From positions 1 through 64,000 of IMG/VR virus record IMGVR_UViG_3300037234_000386: a DNA stretch of 64,000 nt; one strand, given 5' to 3'. The notes below the pieces were generated by a model, which saw only the letters and a program-made list of their open reading frames with translations, was not told the DNA's origin and searched no databases. This document shows positions 24,340 through 34,980 of this stretch, piece by piece. A program made the translations under genes and the position numbers. Within the stretch, counting starts at the first letter, position 1, and the number at the start of each line of letters is the position of its first letter. This DNA is from a virus.

Positions 24340-26010
24340 TTAAGATTTAGTTAATGATTGTCTTTGCGACATTGCACCACACCACCCAACCAAGGGAAGT
24401 GAGGAGAGAGAGAAGAGAACTAAACAGAGTAGCCAAGAAACAATTGTAAAGTATGGACCTTGCAGTCTGTTAAGTTGGTGCGCTCAATAGATTGAGTCTT
24501 TGTATTGTCGTTGTAAACGGTTTCAAAGGCGATTAATTTACCGTTAATAATTTCGTGCTCTACATCGTGAGCATCTAATATTTTAGTTATCCAGCACATA
24601 AGCTATCTTTTATAAATTATAAATAAACCTATTGTAAACATGCAAGCCAGAGAGATAAAACAACATATACTCTGCATTTCCTCACACTCACAACCAAAAT
24701 AAAAGCTTGCAACCATAACAAGCAATAAGAACAATATTTTAACAATTTTCATAGCTGTAATTTATTGGTTAGTCCCTTACATGTTATCAAAAACACACAA
24801 TCTACTGTTGTAGTAAGGGTTTGTAGCTTTCTAGCGTTCAAATTGTCACTGGTTATAACCCATTTTACTTGCATTCTCGAAAACTCAGGAAATAAAGAAC
24901 TTGTTTGTGATTTGATGAAACAAAGTAAAGCAATAAAGTAACACCGTGCACTATCGCATTGCATGTTATAGAACACAAACGCACGGCATAACCTCACAAC
25001 ACCAGTAAACACACTGCACAACACCACTAAATAAAAAACAAACAATTATAATAACTATACAGAGAACAAGAGAGAGGAGCCAGAGAGAGGAGAACAACAC
25101 CACAGTAAAAACTCATATAAGCTCATTTAAGCACATTACAGTACATCAGTGCACCACAACACCACAATTACAGACATAACACCACCACACACAAGAGAAT
25201 ACCGAACACACCAGACACAACACCATAACAAAGAAAAGAAAGAGAGAGTACAGAGAGGAGAGAGAGTAAAAGAATAATAGCAGGGTGTTTGTTCGTTTGT
25301 TATGTCTTAATTACCTAATTTATTGCTTTTGTGTAGATTTAACGAGTGATTACTGTGTTTAACCCATTGTCAAAGACATGGAAAGGCAGCATTAACAATG
25401 GGTTCAGCGTGTTTTATTACTCTCTGTGTGTGTATTATTTTGGACTGCTCAAAGTGACTGATAATTATAATTGTGTTAAATAGGCCATATTGACATATGA
25501 ATTAGTAAGCCTCTCCCCTACCCTATCAATAGGACATTAGAACGCTTTATTGCAGCCTAGAATGAACCGCTTTTAAGTGTTGGTATGCTGTGAGCCAGTG
25601 AGAACACAAAAGAGGGGGTACGGTTCGGAAAAATCGTTTGGGGATCCAGATCGGAGACCGGTTTTACATACATAGACCCCCGTGACAGATACACTCAGGA
25701 TATTTTTTTTGGGGCAGTGGTAGTGGGGTTTATAGGGGAAGCTTGTTCTGTGTGGAGAGTGGGGTTCTCTGTGTGTGCAGAGATGGGTATTGGGTTACAC
25801 AGAGAGAATAATGGACAATACGCACGTGTAGGACTAGTGGTACAATGTAATATTATACAAAAAAAATTTCGAGATATTAGGGTTTTTGTTTGGTTGTTAG
25901 GAATAAAGGTAGTAATATTGCTAAAGTAATTTTACGGAATTTACATTATAGCGTTGATGGTATGACCGCTGAGAAAACCATTGGGGCATTAAAAAGGGTT
26001 AAAATAGAGG
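24340..26010. other. large non-coding strand-switch region
   Basis: No convincing ORFs; AC/AG-rich low-complexity tracts then GT-rich tracts; genes diverge on either side. Confidence 0.65.
25889..25920 (+). promoter_or_regulatory. rightward host-type promoter
   Basis: TTTG-N19-GTAATATTG, third copy. Confidence 0.65.
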
Positions 26011-26014
26011 TATT

Positions 26015-26320
26015 ATGGAAGTATTTAGGGAAATATTGGAAAATGTACATGGATTAATAGAAAATGGTAATGGAGCTACGGAATCGGATTTGAGGGGACT
26101 GTGGAATGATTTGTCAAATGCTATTAGTGACCACGAAAAAAAATCCGAGAGAGTGGGGCTGAATTTTTGGACTTGTAAGAGGTGTGGTTGTATTACCATT
26201 ATTCCTGGCATTGTCTGTATAAATAAATATACAGCTGGAGGGGGTAATCTCTGTGGTGGAAGCTTTAGGAAATCTACAGATGAAGAATTAACTAATAACC
26301 CTAATTGGGAAAATAAATAA
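26015..26320 (+). CDS. hypothetical protein
   Basis: First ORF after promoter. Confidence 0.6.
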   Translation: MEVFREILENVHGLIENGNGATESDLRGLWNDLSNAISDHEKKSERVGLNFWTCKRCGCITIIPGIVCINKYTAGGGNLCGGSFRKSTDEELTNNPNWENK

Positions 26321-26324
26321 GGAC

Positions 26325-26603
26325 ATGAAATATTATTACACATTACATTACAAGGAGTTTGGAGGAAAGGGAACTGCTGTAATATTCACGAATCTATCAG
26401 GCTTGGCAAAATTTGTTTGTGGCAAAGATAGTCATGAGAAGTTTTACAACGAGGTGCTGAATCATTTTAGCAGGAAGAAGCTGCAGTGGTATGAGGATCC
26501 TTATATTGGGGTAAGTATTATAAAGAGCTTGCAGTTAGTAAAGGGCAACCAGCGAGTTGTAAGTAAGGCAGGTAGTCATAGTAGGAATTTTAAGAGCAAG
26601 TAG
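26325..26603 (+). CDS. hypothetical protein
   Basis: Operon ORF. Confidence 0.6.
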   Translation: MKYYYTLHYKEFGGKGTAVIFTNLSGLAKFVCGKDSHEKFYNEVLNHFSRKKLQWYEDPYIGVSIIKSLQLVKGNQRVVSKAGSHSRNFKSK

Positions 26604-26605
26604 GT

Positions 26606-26806
26606 ATGGAAGGAAAATGTAGTAAGGCGTGTTGCTGTTGCAATTGTAATAGCCAAATGGAGTTAACAGAACCTCCTAAAAAGAATGTTGTGAGTAAGCA
26701 CTTGGGATATGTTTGCACAGTATGTTTAGAATTAACTAGCTGCAGACAGGCTTATTTTTTTGAGGGAAAGCATGGTTTGTGTGAGCTGTGGAATAAAAGA
26801 AAGTAA
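26606..26806 (+). CDS. Cys-rich hypothetical protein
   Basis: CCCCNC...HGLCE. Confidence 0.6.
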   Translation: MEGKCSKACCCCNCNSQMELTEPPKKNVVSKHLGYVCTVCLELTSCRQAYFFEGKHGLCELWNKRK

Positions 26807-26828
26807 TTAATATTAAAACCTGAACAGG

Positions 26829-27083
26829 ATGAGATTTTCATTGAGAAACCAAAAAAAGATATCAGGAAAGCTGGGACAAAAGTATTTGGATATATTACTA
26901 ACCTCGTTGGTAATGCATTTTACCAGCACAAATGAGATTGAGGAGCACACTTATGAAGGTGAGGATTTTAAGGTAATCCATGTTCCCAATGCACAACCAA
27001 AGACCGATAGTGTTTTTGAATTTTATGTAATAAGTAAAACCTTTGATGTATATAACCTTGCTTACAAGAGCACAATTGGATAG
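26829..27083 (+). CDS. hypothetical protein
   Basis: Operon ORF. Confidence 0.65.
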   Translation: MRFSLRNQKKISGKLGQKYLDILLTSLVMHFTSTNEIEEHTYEGEDFKVIHVPNAQPKTDSVFEFYVISKTFDVYNLAYKSTIG

Positions 27084-27086
27084 ATT

Positions 27087-27467
27087 ATGGAAGCAACAGA
27101 ATTAAGAATAGGAAATCTAATAATAGATAAAGAATTTCCTTCATTAACATCTACAATTGAAGAAATAGGATTTAATTGGATAACCGCAAGTTATGACGAC
27201 GGTCAGGATGTTAGTTGTTTTGAACCAATACCACTAACCGAAAATTGGCTGACTAAATTTGGGTTTAATTCTAAATATAAATCAGTGCACACTCATTGGA
27301 ACATAAAATGGTTTGGATTAGACCAAAAAGCGGATGAGGATGATGAGGGAAACAGGGTAGAGTTGGAAGAGGTCTTTTATTACGATTACAGATTAGAAGT
27401 AAAATATGTCCACCAATTACAAAACCTATATTTTGCATTAACAGGAGAGGAGTTGAAATATGAATAA
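27087..27467 (+). CDS. conserved Bacteroidota phage protein
   Basis: ELRIGN...PIPLTE.WL.KFGF...KYVHQLQNLYFALTGEEL. Confidence 0.8.
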   Translation: MEATELRIGNLIIDKEFPSLTSTIEEIGFNWITASYDDGQDVSCFEPIPLTENWLTKFGFNSKYKSVHTHWNIKWFGLDQKADEDDEGNRVELEEVFYYDYRLEVKYVHQLQNLYFALTGEELKYE

Positions 27468-27616
27468 CTACATTGAGATATTGGATGAAGAGGAGATGCT
27501 TCACATTGAAGAATACGAATAAAGCATTCCGGGATGGATTTAATATAGGGAGGTTGCCGCCAGCTTTTAATGAACGAAAAATTAACCTCTCTTTTCACAA
27601 ATAAAAGACTTGAACT

Positions 27617-28417
27617 ATGAGTAAAATAGAATGGACTGACGAAACGTGGAATCCGATAATAGGATGTTCAAAGATAAGCGAAGGTTGCAAAGAGTGTTAT
27701 GCTGAAAAGATGGCTAATAGATTGGCTTCAATGTCAAGTACGGACTATTATCAATCAGTTACTTTAAAACATGCACATGCATTACCTTCTGGATGGAATG
27801 GTAGGACATCATTTATAGAGCACCAATTAGAAAAACCTTTTAAGTGGAAAAAACCACGAATGATATTTGTTTGTTCAATGGGTGATTTGTTTCATGAATC
27901 GGTGCCTTTTGAATGGATTGATAAAATTATTGATGTTATTCGATGGAATAAGCAACATACATTCCAGATACTTACAAAAAGACCTGAGAGAATGAAGGGA
28001 TATTTCACAGAGCACGTTCCAGATAAATACTACATGGAAAATGGCAATTACCTTGATAATTTATGGCTCGGAGTAACATCCGAAAATCAGGAGCAAGCCA
28101 ATAAACGCATTCCTATCTTGTTGTTAATTCCTGCGGTAAAGAGATTTGTAAGCTGTGAACCATTGCTTTCTGAAATTGATTTTCACCAGAAGCATAACAA
28201 TTATTTTCAAGGAGTTGTGACAGAAAATAATGGAGAGATAGAATTTTATGGAGCTGCTATTCATTGGGTTATTGCTGGTCCCGAAACAGGACATAATGCT
28301 AGGCCAATGCAAAAGGAATGGATAAAAGGATTACAAGAGCAATGTAAGAGTGCTAAGGTCCCTTTCTTCGACAAGAAAAATACATTAGGATTAAATTTAA
28401 CTCAAATACCTGAATAG
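27617..28417 (+). CDS. phage Gp37/Gp68 (DUF5131) family radical-SAM-like protein
   Basis: IEWTDETWNP..GCSKISEGCKECYAE, FVCSMGDLFH, FQILTKRPER, SCEPLL. Confidence 0.9.
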   Translation: MSKIEWTDETWNPIIGCSKISEGCKECYAEKMANRLASMSSTDYYQSVTLKHAHALPSGWNGRTSFIEHQLEKPFKWKKPRMIFVCSMGDLFHESVPFEWIDKIIDVIRWNKQHTFQILTKRPERMKGYFTEHVPDKYYMENGNYLDNLWLGVTSENQEQANKRIPILLLIPAVKRFVSCEPLLSEIDFHQKHNNYFQGVVTENNGEIEFYGAAIHWVIAGPETGHNARPMQKEWIKGLQEQCKSAKVPFFDKKNTLGLNLTQIPE

Positions 28418-28419
28418 CT

Positions 28420-29019
28420 ATGAAAGAATTATTCACAAGCATAAAAATTTGGGCAAAAGATTTTTTTAAAACAGAAGATCCTATTTCGGAATCTTTGGCC
28501 ATCATAAAAGAGGAGTTGGACAAAATAGAAACTATTGAAAGAAATTTCAAAGATGTTCCTGGTTCAAAACTTTCTCTTAGAAAACTTCATGCAGCAAAAT
28601 TGCAGATAATGCTGTTTGCATATTACAATGCCGCGGGTATTACGTTTGATTCGTTAATCGATAATATGGAGGAAGAGCAGTCCAGAAACATTACTTTAGC
28701 ATGGATATATAAAAAGGGTGTTGGAGCAGAAGAAGAAGAAACGTATCGATTCACGTGTAACAGAGATCGCTCTTCTAAAAACCCAAAATTCTTTTTTATG
28801 ATTTCATCTGAAGGCATGAATTGCTCTATTGAAGAGTTTAAAGAGTTTTTGGAATTACAAACAGTAACGGATTGGCATTTTAAAGTACATTGCTCATCAA
28901 ATCATTATATTTTTTGGACATTCGATGTTACCGATGCAGATAGAATAAATTTTGATTTAAAATTAAAGTTTATTCCCCATCCAAATAGATTTATAACCAA
29001 AACAATTCAGGAGGACTAA
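28420..29019 (+). CDS. hypothetical protein (N-terminus possibly MazG-like helical)
   Basis: Operon ORF. Confidence 0.6.
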   Translation: MKELFTSIKIWAKDFFKTEDPISESLAIIKEELDKIETIERNFKDVPGSKLSLRKLHAAKLQIMLFAYYNAAGITFDSLIDNMEEEQSRNITLAWIYKKGVGAEEEETYRFTCNRDRSSKNPKFFFMISSEGMNCSIEEFKEFLELQTVTDWHFKVHCSSNHYIFWTFDVTDADRINFDLKLKFIPHPNRFITKTIQED

Positions 29020-29021
29020 TT

Positions 29022-29468
29022 ATGACTAAGAACGAAATTATTAATAAGATATGTGAGAAGCATTATCCTCAACCAGAAAGAGGTTCTGAGTCTATTAAAA
29101 CGACCAATGCTAGGTGTGGGTTAAAGCTGTTGTTAGAGCAAAAGTGGGTAGTGTTCCCTTTGTGTTTAGAGGACATTACTAAGATAATTAAAGCACACTA
29201 TCCTAATAAAGTAACAACTTCACATACCGAAGTTGTTGCACTAGGTAAAAATATTATGAAACTTATTGGGGATATAAAAGAAGTTAACGAAGAGATTAAG
29301 GCACATAATGCTACAAGCGGAGACTTACCGCTACACGAGTCTCATATGTGCTATAAAGATGGCCACGCTATGTTACCGGTATATTCTTTTCAGCACGAAA
29401 AGCTTGCTCATGGACTAAATAAGTGTTACAGGTGTGGATGGGAAGAGGAGTGGCAGTATGACTTCTAA
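29022..29468 (+). CDS. hypothetical protein
   Basis: Operon ORF. Confidence 0.6.
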   Translation: MTKNEIINKICEKHYPQPERGSESIKTTNARCGLKLLLEQKWVVFPLCLEDITKIIKAHYPNKVTTSHTEVVALGKNIMKLIGDIKEVNEEIKAHNATSGDLPLHESHMCYKDGHAMLPVYSFQHEKLAHGLNKCYRCGWEEEWQYDF

Positions 29469-29673
29469 AAGGTGCAAAAAGGTTGAGTATGATTCATTGA
29501 ATTTGGCTAAACGTAAGGTGCAAAGCATTAATACTTACAACAAGTCTCACAATATTGAGGAAAGGTTTTATGCATACAAATGTCCTCATTGCAAATCATG
29601 CCACATCACCCACATGAAGAAGTCGGAATACAAAACAAAGAAGAAAAATAAATTTGCCAATAAAAATAAATAG
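29458..29673 (+). CDS. small Zn-binding protein
   Basis: CKK..Y...A....YAYKCPHCKSCHITH. Confidence 0.65.
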   Translation: MTSKRCKKVEYDSLNLAKRKVQSINTYNKSHNIEERFYAYKCPHCKSCHITHMKKSEYKTKKKNKFANKNK

Positions 29674-29726
29674 CAATAAATTAGTAATCAATTAATATTA
29701 GTATAAATCTAAAAACAAAAAAGCGT

Positions 29727-30308
29727 ATGAAAAGGGTAATTTTATCTTTAAGCTTTGTGTTGCTAATGATTACGGCATTGTCCGTAATGGATGTTGGACC
29801 GCCAATTATCCACAATGCAGCACAGCAAGAAATGGTGATGGATTGTCAACTGGATGTTGATATGAATATTATCACACAAATCGAAGCACAGCCGGTATTC
29901 CTTATTAATGAAGCGGAGGTTGAGATATCCTTCGGTGATTTATATGGCTTGACTCTAATTGATAATGAAGCCAATAAATGCAATAGTGCAATGTTCACCA
30001 ATACAACTTACGATAGTTCTGGTGGTGCTAACATGATTAAAGGAATTAACACAGATTATCTAAAGAAAGCAGGGATCGAAGTCACCCATAGCTATAATAA
30101 TGGAGACTCGCAGTCTAGCTTATATGAGGATAACGGATGCTTACAGCACTTGAAGAAAGGCGGGTCGGTAATCTACTCAGTTTCTACAAGCGATATATAT
30201 AATACTGCTAACCTAATGGGACTTTTTCCGATACTTTCATATAAGTATAAGGATAACAATTTTAAATGCGATTTCGACTTCAGCATGAATAAACTATTAG
30301 TCATGTAG
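29727..30308 (+). CDS. secreted or membrane-anchored hypothetical protein
   Basis: Signal-peptide-like N-terminus. Confidence 0.55.
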   Translation: MKRVILSLSFVLLMITALSVMDVGPPIIHNAAQQEMVMDCQLDVDMNIITQIEAQPVFLINEAEVEISFGDLYGLTLIDNEANKCNSAMFTNTTYDSSGGANMIKGINTDYLKKAGIEVTHSYNNGDSQSSLYEDNGCLQHLKKGGSVIYSVSTSDIYNTANLMGLFPILSYKYKDNNFKCDFDFSMNKLLVM

Positions 30309-30375
30309 TTGACTCGCTAGAATAGAACCAAAAGTAATAATACAAAATAATTATACTTTTATTTGAATTTTTCAG

Positions 30376-30412
30376 AAAAGCTCCTTTGTGATATCCAGAG
30401 GAGCTTTTTTTT
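30376..30412 (+). terminator. intrinsic terminator
   Basis: AAAAGCTCCT / AGGAGCTTTT plus T run. Confidence 0.75.
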
Positions 30413-30695
30413 GTTACAATAACACAAAAAATAGAGTACTACTTCAAAAGTGTGCCTTGTGACAAGCGGAATTAAGCACATTTCAAGCCACTCGCACGAA
30501 CACCACCTCAACACTACAGTATTGTAACATGCTGATTAATAAAACCATCCATCGAATATACCAAGGCAACCAAACCTGTTAATAACTTCCAAAAACGACC
30601 GTTCTATTTATACAGAATCAATATTACTCTTTATTTTAGATAAGATATTTTGTACCTTGCATTGATTTAACGTTAAAACATTTAAAAGAATTATC

Positions 30696-31376
30696 ATGGG
30701 AAAAACAACCGAAGTAAGAGCCAAGGCTGAACTAAAAGTATCATTCTCTCACGTGATACCAGCAAAGAAGAAGGGTGAGAAAACAAGAGGTTCTGGAGTA
30801 AAGGGATCTGGTAAGGTGATAAGGTATATTCAGATTGAACCTCTGGAGAGTGAAGTTTTGAAGGAGCGCATCAAGGCTGCTGAATCTATTTTAAAAAATG
30901 GAGCAGGAAAAGGGCTGTCTAAAAGCGAGAAAGCTAAAATCGTTAAGAAGATAACTGTTGATTTAAAAGCTGAACTTGATGATGCACACAAGGATGCTAT
31001 TGATGTGCTAACGCAGAATCACGAGGAGGAGATTGTTAAGCTTAAAGATGAAATCACTCGATTAACGACACCGCCAGAAGGTGGGCCAACAGAAATTATA
31101 GAAGAAGAGGTTGTAGAGGAAGAAATTATTTCCACCCCTTCTGTAATAGCAAAGTTCGAATGTACTTATAATGAACAGCTAGAAAGTGATGAAGAGCACA
31201 ACGAAGTAAACTTAACCGCTGTAATTGAAGGAAGCGAAGAAAACAAGTCTTTCTCAAAATTCACACCAGCTGCAAATGTTTACATGGTTATTTCGAAAGA
31301 AACTCCTGCTCATGAATTTTTCGAAAAAGGAGTGGAATATTTTGCAAGCTTCACGAAGGCAGAAAAGAAAAAATAA
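30696..31376 (+). CDS. hypothetical protein with conserved C-terminal EENKSFSKFTP domain
   Basis: Basic N-terminus, coiled coil, conserved small phage domain. Confidence 0.75.
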   Translation: MGKTTEVRAKAELKVSFSHVIPAKKKGEKTRGSGVKGSGKVIRYIQIEPLESEVLKERIKAAESILKNGAGKGLSKSEKAKIVKKITVDLKAELDDAHKDAIDVLTQNHEEEIVKLKDEITRLTTPPEGGPTEIIEEEVVEEEIISTPSVIAKFECTYNEQLESDEEHNEVNLTAVIEGSEENKSFSKFTPAANVYMVISKETPAHEFFEKGVEYFASFTKAEKKK

Positions 31377-31424
31377 CTATATTTACACCATCACTGATCC
31401 CTAACAGTGGTATGTTCAGGTCAG

Positions 31425-31457
31425 AAACCAGTCTTTTCTCAAGAGGCTGGTTTTTTT
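31425..31457 (+). terminator. intrinsic terminator
   Basis: AAACCAGTC / GGCTGGTTT plus T run. Confidence 0.7.
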
Positions 31458-32186
31458 ATTCCAAAAACTTGTGCTAATTTTATCCCAATAATTTTTCACA
31501 GCTGATTGGTACCAGCTTAATAGTAAGACAACAATGAACAAGATATTTAAAGACATACCTTTATACCTGAAAACCGCCTGCGCCCCCGTTGTCTGGGAGT
31601 ACCAACAGGTGGTTTTTGCATTTAGCTCAAATTATAGCCAGTATCAGAATCTCATTCCTAATGACTGGAATGGTAAAACGTGCAGCCCACCATAGCAGCC
31701 TTACGGCAAGTCAAGAGTGCTACGTAATACAATCACTTTAAACTTACTAGAAGCCGAACAAAGGTGTAATTTAAGCTTGTTTAATTCTAACGAAGTTTTC
31801 TGGTTACTTGTGTTACTGGTTAGAGCCTCACTTAATTCCTCGATTGTTTATACTGATGAATGTGGTACGCATGTAACTCTTTATCTGGGGGTAGGGGGTT
31901 ACTTGTTTTTGTACCTACTTTTCAAACCTCTTCATGTTTACCTGATAAATAAAAAGCTAGTTAACTATTCCTCTTCACAGAGAAGGAAAAGAAAAACTCT
32001 TAATTTTTTTATACCTTTGAAACAATTAGCCGATGCCGAACGGTTGATATGCTTTCTTGTTTCATAGCAAGTGCACTCCTTTGTTTTTACATTGGAGTGT
32101 TTTTGGTTTATGGATATATTTCTTAATTTTGTTGTATATTTACGTAGAAATGATATAAGAGTCTTTTAAAACCTAAAATATTTATC

Positions 32187-32510
32187 ATGAGAAACTTTGG
32201 ACAAATGTTATTAGATGCGCTTGGAAACGCAATACCAGCATTAGGATTAGATACTGCCCTAACAACAGGATCACAAACATTAGATGGCAGTGCGGCAAGT
32301 GCATCCTCAACAGTGTTCGACTCCAAACATCATAGAGTAATAAGAGTTGCCTGTGTAGATGATACGTGGTTAAAAGTAGGCACAGCCCCAACAGCTGTAT
32401 TAGAAGAAGGAGCATTCTTTCCAGGAGGATCGGTGGAGTATGTAAATGTTCACAAGAATGAAAAGATAGCCGTTATCGGAGGAATAGTTAGTGTAACTAA
32501 AACGAAATAG
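32187..32510 (+). CDS. small beta-rich virion protein (putative)
   Basis: Start of late block; decoration-protein-like composition. Confidence 0.6.
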   Translation: MRNFGQMLLDALGNAIPALGLDTALTTGSQTLDGSAASASSTVFDSKHHRVIRVACVDDTWLKVGTAPTAVLEEGAFFPGGSVEYVNVHKNEKIAVIGGIVSVTKTK

Positions 32511-32512
32511 TC

Positions 32513-33946
32513 ATGTTGTTAAGCGTTGGACTAAAGAGATTAATGGGATCTGGTGGTGGTTTATTTTATAAGCTAAAGAAGTACTATCAGTATGTAATAA
32601 CAGGCAAAGCCAACGAAATTTATGAGCGTGATGGTAAGTGGTGGTATCCTAATTTCGGTACAGGTTTAGTTCCTGTAGACCTACAGATTACAGATACTCA
32701 GATAGCTACATTTGATGGAGATTCTTATTTACAGGCAGAGATTGGATCATTAGCTGGATTATCAATAGTTGATTATATTGGAAGTTGTATTATTTCGTTA
32801 GATTTAGTTAACGATAGAATATTGTTCACCAAAGGGAATGCTATTTATTTAAGACTTTCAAATGGGCTAGAAATTTGGTTTAAAGAATCTAATGGAGAGT
32901 TTATATACACAACGAATGGAGCAAACCCAAGTTTAATTATTATTCAAAATGTGCTTAATTCAATACCTGTAAAAATAGACGATGATTATGTATTTACAGA
33001 TAAAAGTAATAATAATAATAAAGTTAAAATAACAAATACTGGATGTATAAAGTTTGATGGGACTCCAAAAAAGATAATTTGTGATTACTTAACAGGTGGC
33101 GATAGTTATTATATTAAATCAATTAACTACGGGTTTGATACTGTTAATGATAACAGGATACTTATACATAGTTCTGGGGGAAGCTCAGATTCTGCTAAAG
33201 GTATATTAATAATGATATTAAGAATTTCAGGAACTACATATTTAAGAGTATGGTTTTCGAATGGAACAACACGAGCATTAAACACAATTGTACTAACTAC
33301 AGAAATACAAGAGGATAACGAAGTTGAGTTTATTTGGGATGGTATCACTGGCAACGCAGCAACCGTATTGTTAAATGGAAACACGATAAATATTCCCAAT
33401 ACACTTTCGTGGGTTGGCAATTCAGATACTAAATCTTACATAGGCGGTAGTGTTGATTTTACAAATCTTCTTTATTATAAATTAGTATCTGAATCATATA
33501 CAACTGAGCAGGTATTTCAAGAAACAAATGAAACTATATGTTATGATATAAGCGGAAATGATAATAATGTTTCTTTAGATGATATAATTCTAAGGAGTAC
33601 TACTGATTACATCCCTTATGCATTAGCTTTAGGTTGTACTATTTATCAGAGACAATCAAATGATAAGTATATAGTGATATGTTATAATAAAACTGAATCT
33701 ATTGTTGATTTTGATAGGATTGGATATTTTCCACCTGGTAGTGGGGTTTTGATAGCATTAGGCTATTTATATACGTGGCCTGATAATGAACAATTAAAAG
33801 AAATACTAACAATCGAGGGTTTATATGATATGAATGGTGAAGCAATACCAGTACCTTTTGAAACAATAAAAGCAATAACACCAAGTCAAAGTATTATTAA
33901 GCAAGAAACAGTAAACACAGTAAATTTAATGGAGGTAAAATTATGA
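32513..33946 (+). CDS. putative virion/fibre protein with LamG/ConA-like domain
   Basis: FDG repeats, YIGG, YDISGNDN motifs. Confidence 0.55.
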   Translation: MLLSVGLKRLMGSGGGLFYKLKKYYQYVITGKANEIYERDGKWWYPNFGTGLVPVDLQITDTQIATFDGDSYLQAEIGSLAGLSIVDYIGSCIISLDLVNDRILFTKGNAIYLRLSNGLEIWFKESNGEFIYTTNGANPSLIIIQNVLNSIPVKIDDDYVFTDKSNNNNKVKITNTGCIKFDGTPKKIICDYLTGGDSYYIKSINYGFDTVNDNRILIHSSGGSSDSAKGILIMILRISGTTYLRVWFSNGTTRALNTIVLTTEIQEDNEVEFIWDGITGNAATVLLNGNTINIPNTLSWVGNSDTKSYIGGSVDFTNLLYYKLVSESYTTEQVFQETNETICYDISGNDNNVSLDDIILRSTTDYIPYALALGCTIYQRQSNDKYIVICYNKTESIVDFDRIGYFPPGSGVLIALGYLYTWPDNEQLKEILTIEGLYDMNGEAIPVPFETIKAITPSQSIIKQETVNTVNLMEVKL

Positions 33947-34980
33947 TAAACCCAACTAAAATAAAAATAATAAGTCCTGAAACTATACATGCCGTAAATG
34001 GGTTTGAACTAAATGTGTATAAAAATAATTTTATTAGGTCTTTAGCTGAGTTATATAATGATAATATAGAGTTGTTTTCTACTGGTTTGGAATCTGAAAT
34101 GAAATCAAGACGAGAATCGGCAAAAATAAATTCAACGAGTGCAAGAAACGAGATAATAACAGCTAAATTATTTAATAATTACGGCTTAGAAATACAATCA
34201 AAAGATATTACGCTTGAAATATTAGCAGCTACGGGGTTGGGAGTAACTAAAAATATATTAATGGTTGGAGATTCAATTACTGCAAACAGTCAAATAACAA
34301 CAGCAGTAAGAAATAATTTTGTAACGCTTGGAGGAACTACCCCTACATTTGTAGGAACAGAAGGGATTGCACCAAACAACCATGAAGGTATAAGTGGCTA
34401 TTCGTGGACTTCTTTTAATTCAAGTTCTTCACCTTTTTGGTCAGGTAGTGCAATAGATTTTGATTGGTACGCAACAAATCAACTAGGAGGTATAACGATA
34501 GACTGCATTTCATTTCAATTGGGTGTTAATGATTCATTTGTAGTATTAAAAACTGATGCAGAAATAGAGGCAGTTGTGCAAAATGCAAAGGATTTAATTA
34601 ATGCCTTTATAAGTTATAATGCAAGCGGTAAAATAGTAGTTATATTACCTTCGTGCGCAGTAAATAGTGCTGATGGATGGGCGGATTCTTATGGCTCAAA
34701 TTATAGAAGAAATGACTATGTAAGTAATATCTATAATTTACAAGCAAAATTAATTGAAACATTTGACGAAGGAGTGTATAATTCTAATGTATTTGTAAAC
34801 GTAGGGGGTTTTTGTCTTGATAGAACGGACGGCATAGCAAAAGACCCCGCAGAAAATAAAAATAGCAGAATACCTGTTCAATATGAGTTTTATAACCAAG
34901 CATTACACCCATATGCAACAGGGGGGCATCAAACTATAGCTGACGGTATTTTTCCAACATTTTTAAAAGTACTAACATGA
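33943..34980 (+). CDS. SGNH/GDSL hydrolase-domain protein (putative capsule deacetylase/esterase)
   Basis: VGDSIT, EGISG, LGVND, ALHP blocks. Confidence 0.85.
   Translation: MINPTKIKIISPETIHAVNGFELNVYKNNFIRSLAELYNDNIELFSTGLESEMKSRRESAKINSTSARNEIITAKLFNNYGLEIQSKDITLEILAATGLGVTKNILMVGDSITANSQITTAVRNNFVTLGGTTPTFVGTEGIAPNNHEGISGYSWTSFNSSSSPFWSGSAIDFDWYATNQLGGITIDCISFQLGVNDSFVVLKTDAEIEAVVQNAKDLINAFISYNASGKIVVILPSCAVNSADGWADSYGSNYRRNDYVSNIYNLQAKLIETFDEGVYNSNVFVNVGGFCLDRTDGIAKDPAENKNSRIPVQYEFYNQALHPYATGGHQTIADGIFPTFLKVLT

Noticed and set aside
24749-25929. ORFs 24749-25045 (-) and 25717-25929 (+)
   Set aside because: They have non-ATG starts and compositions dictated by low-complexity DNA; likely spurious.
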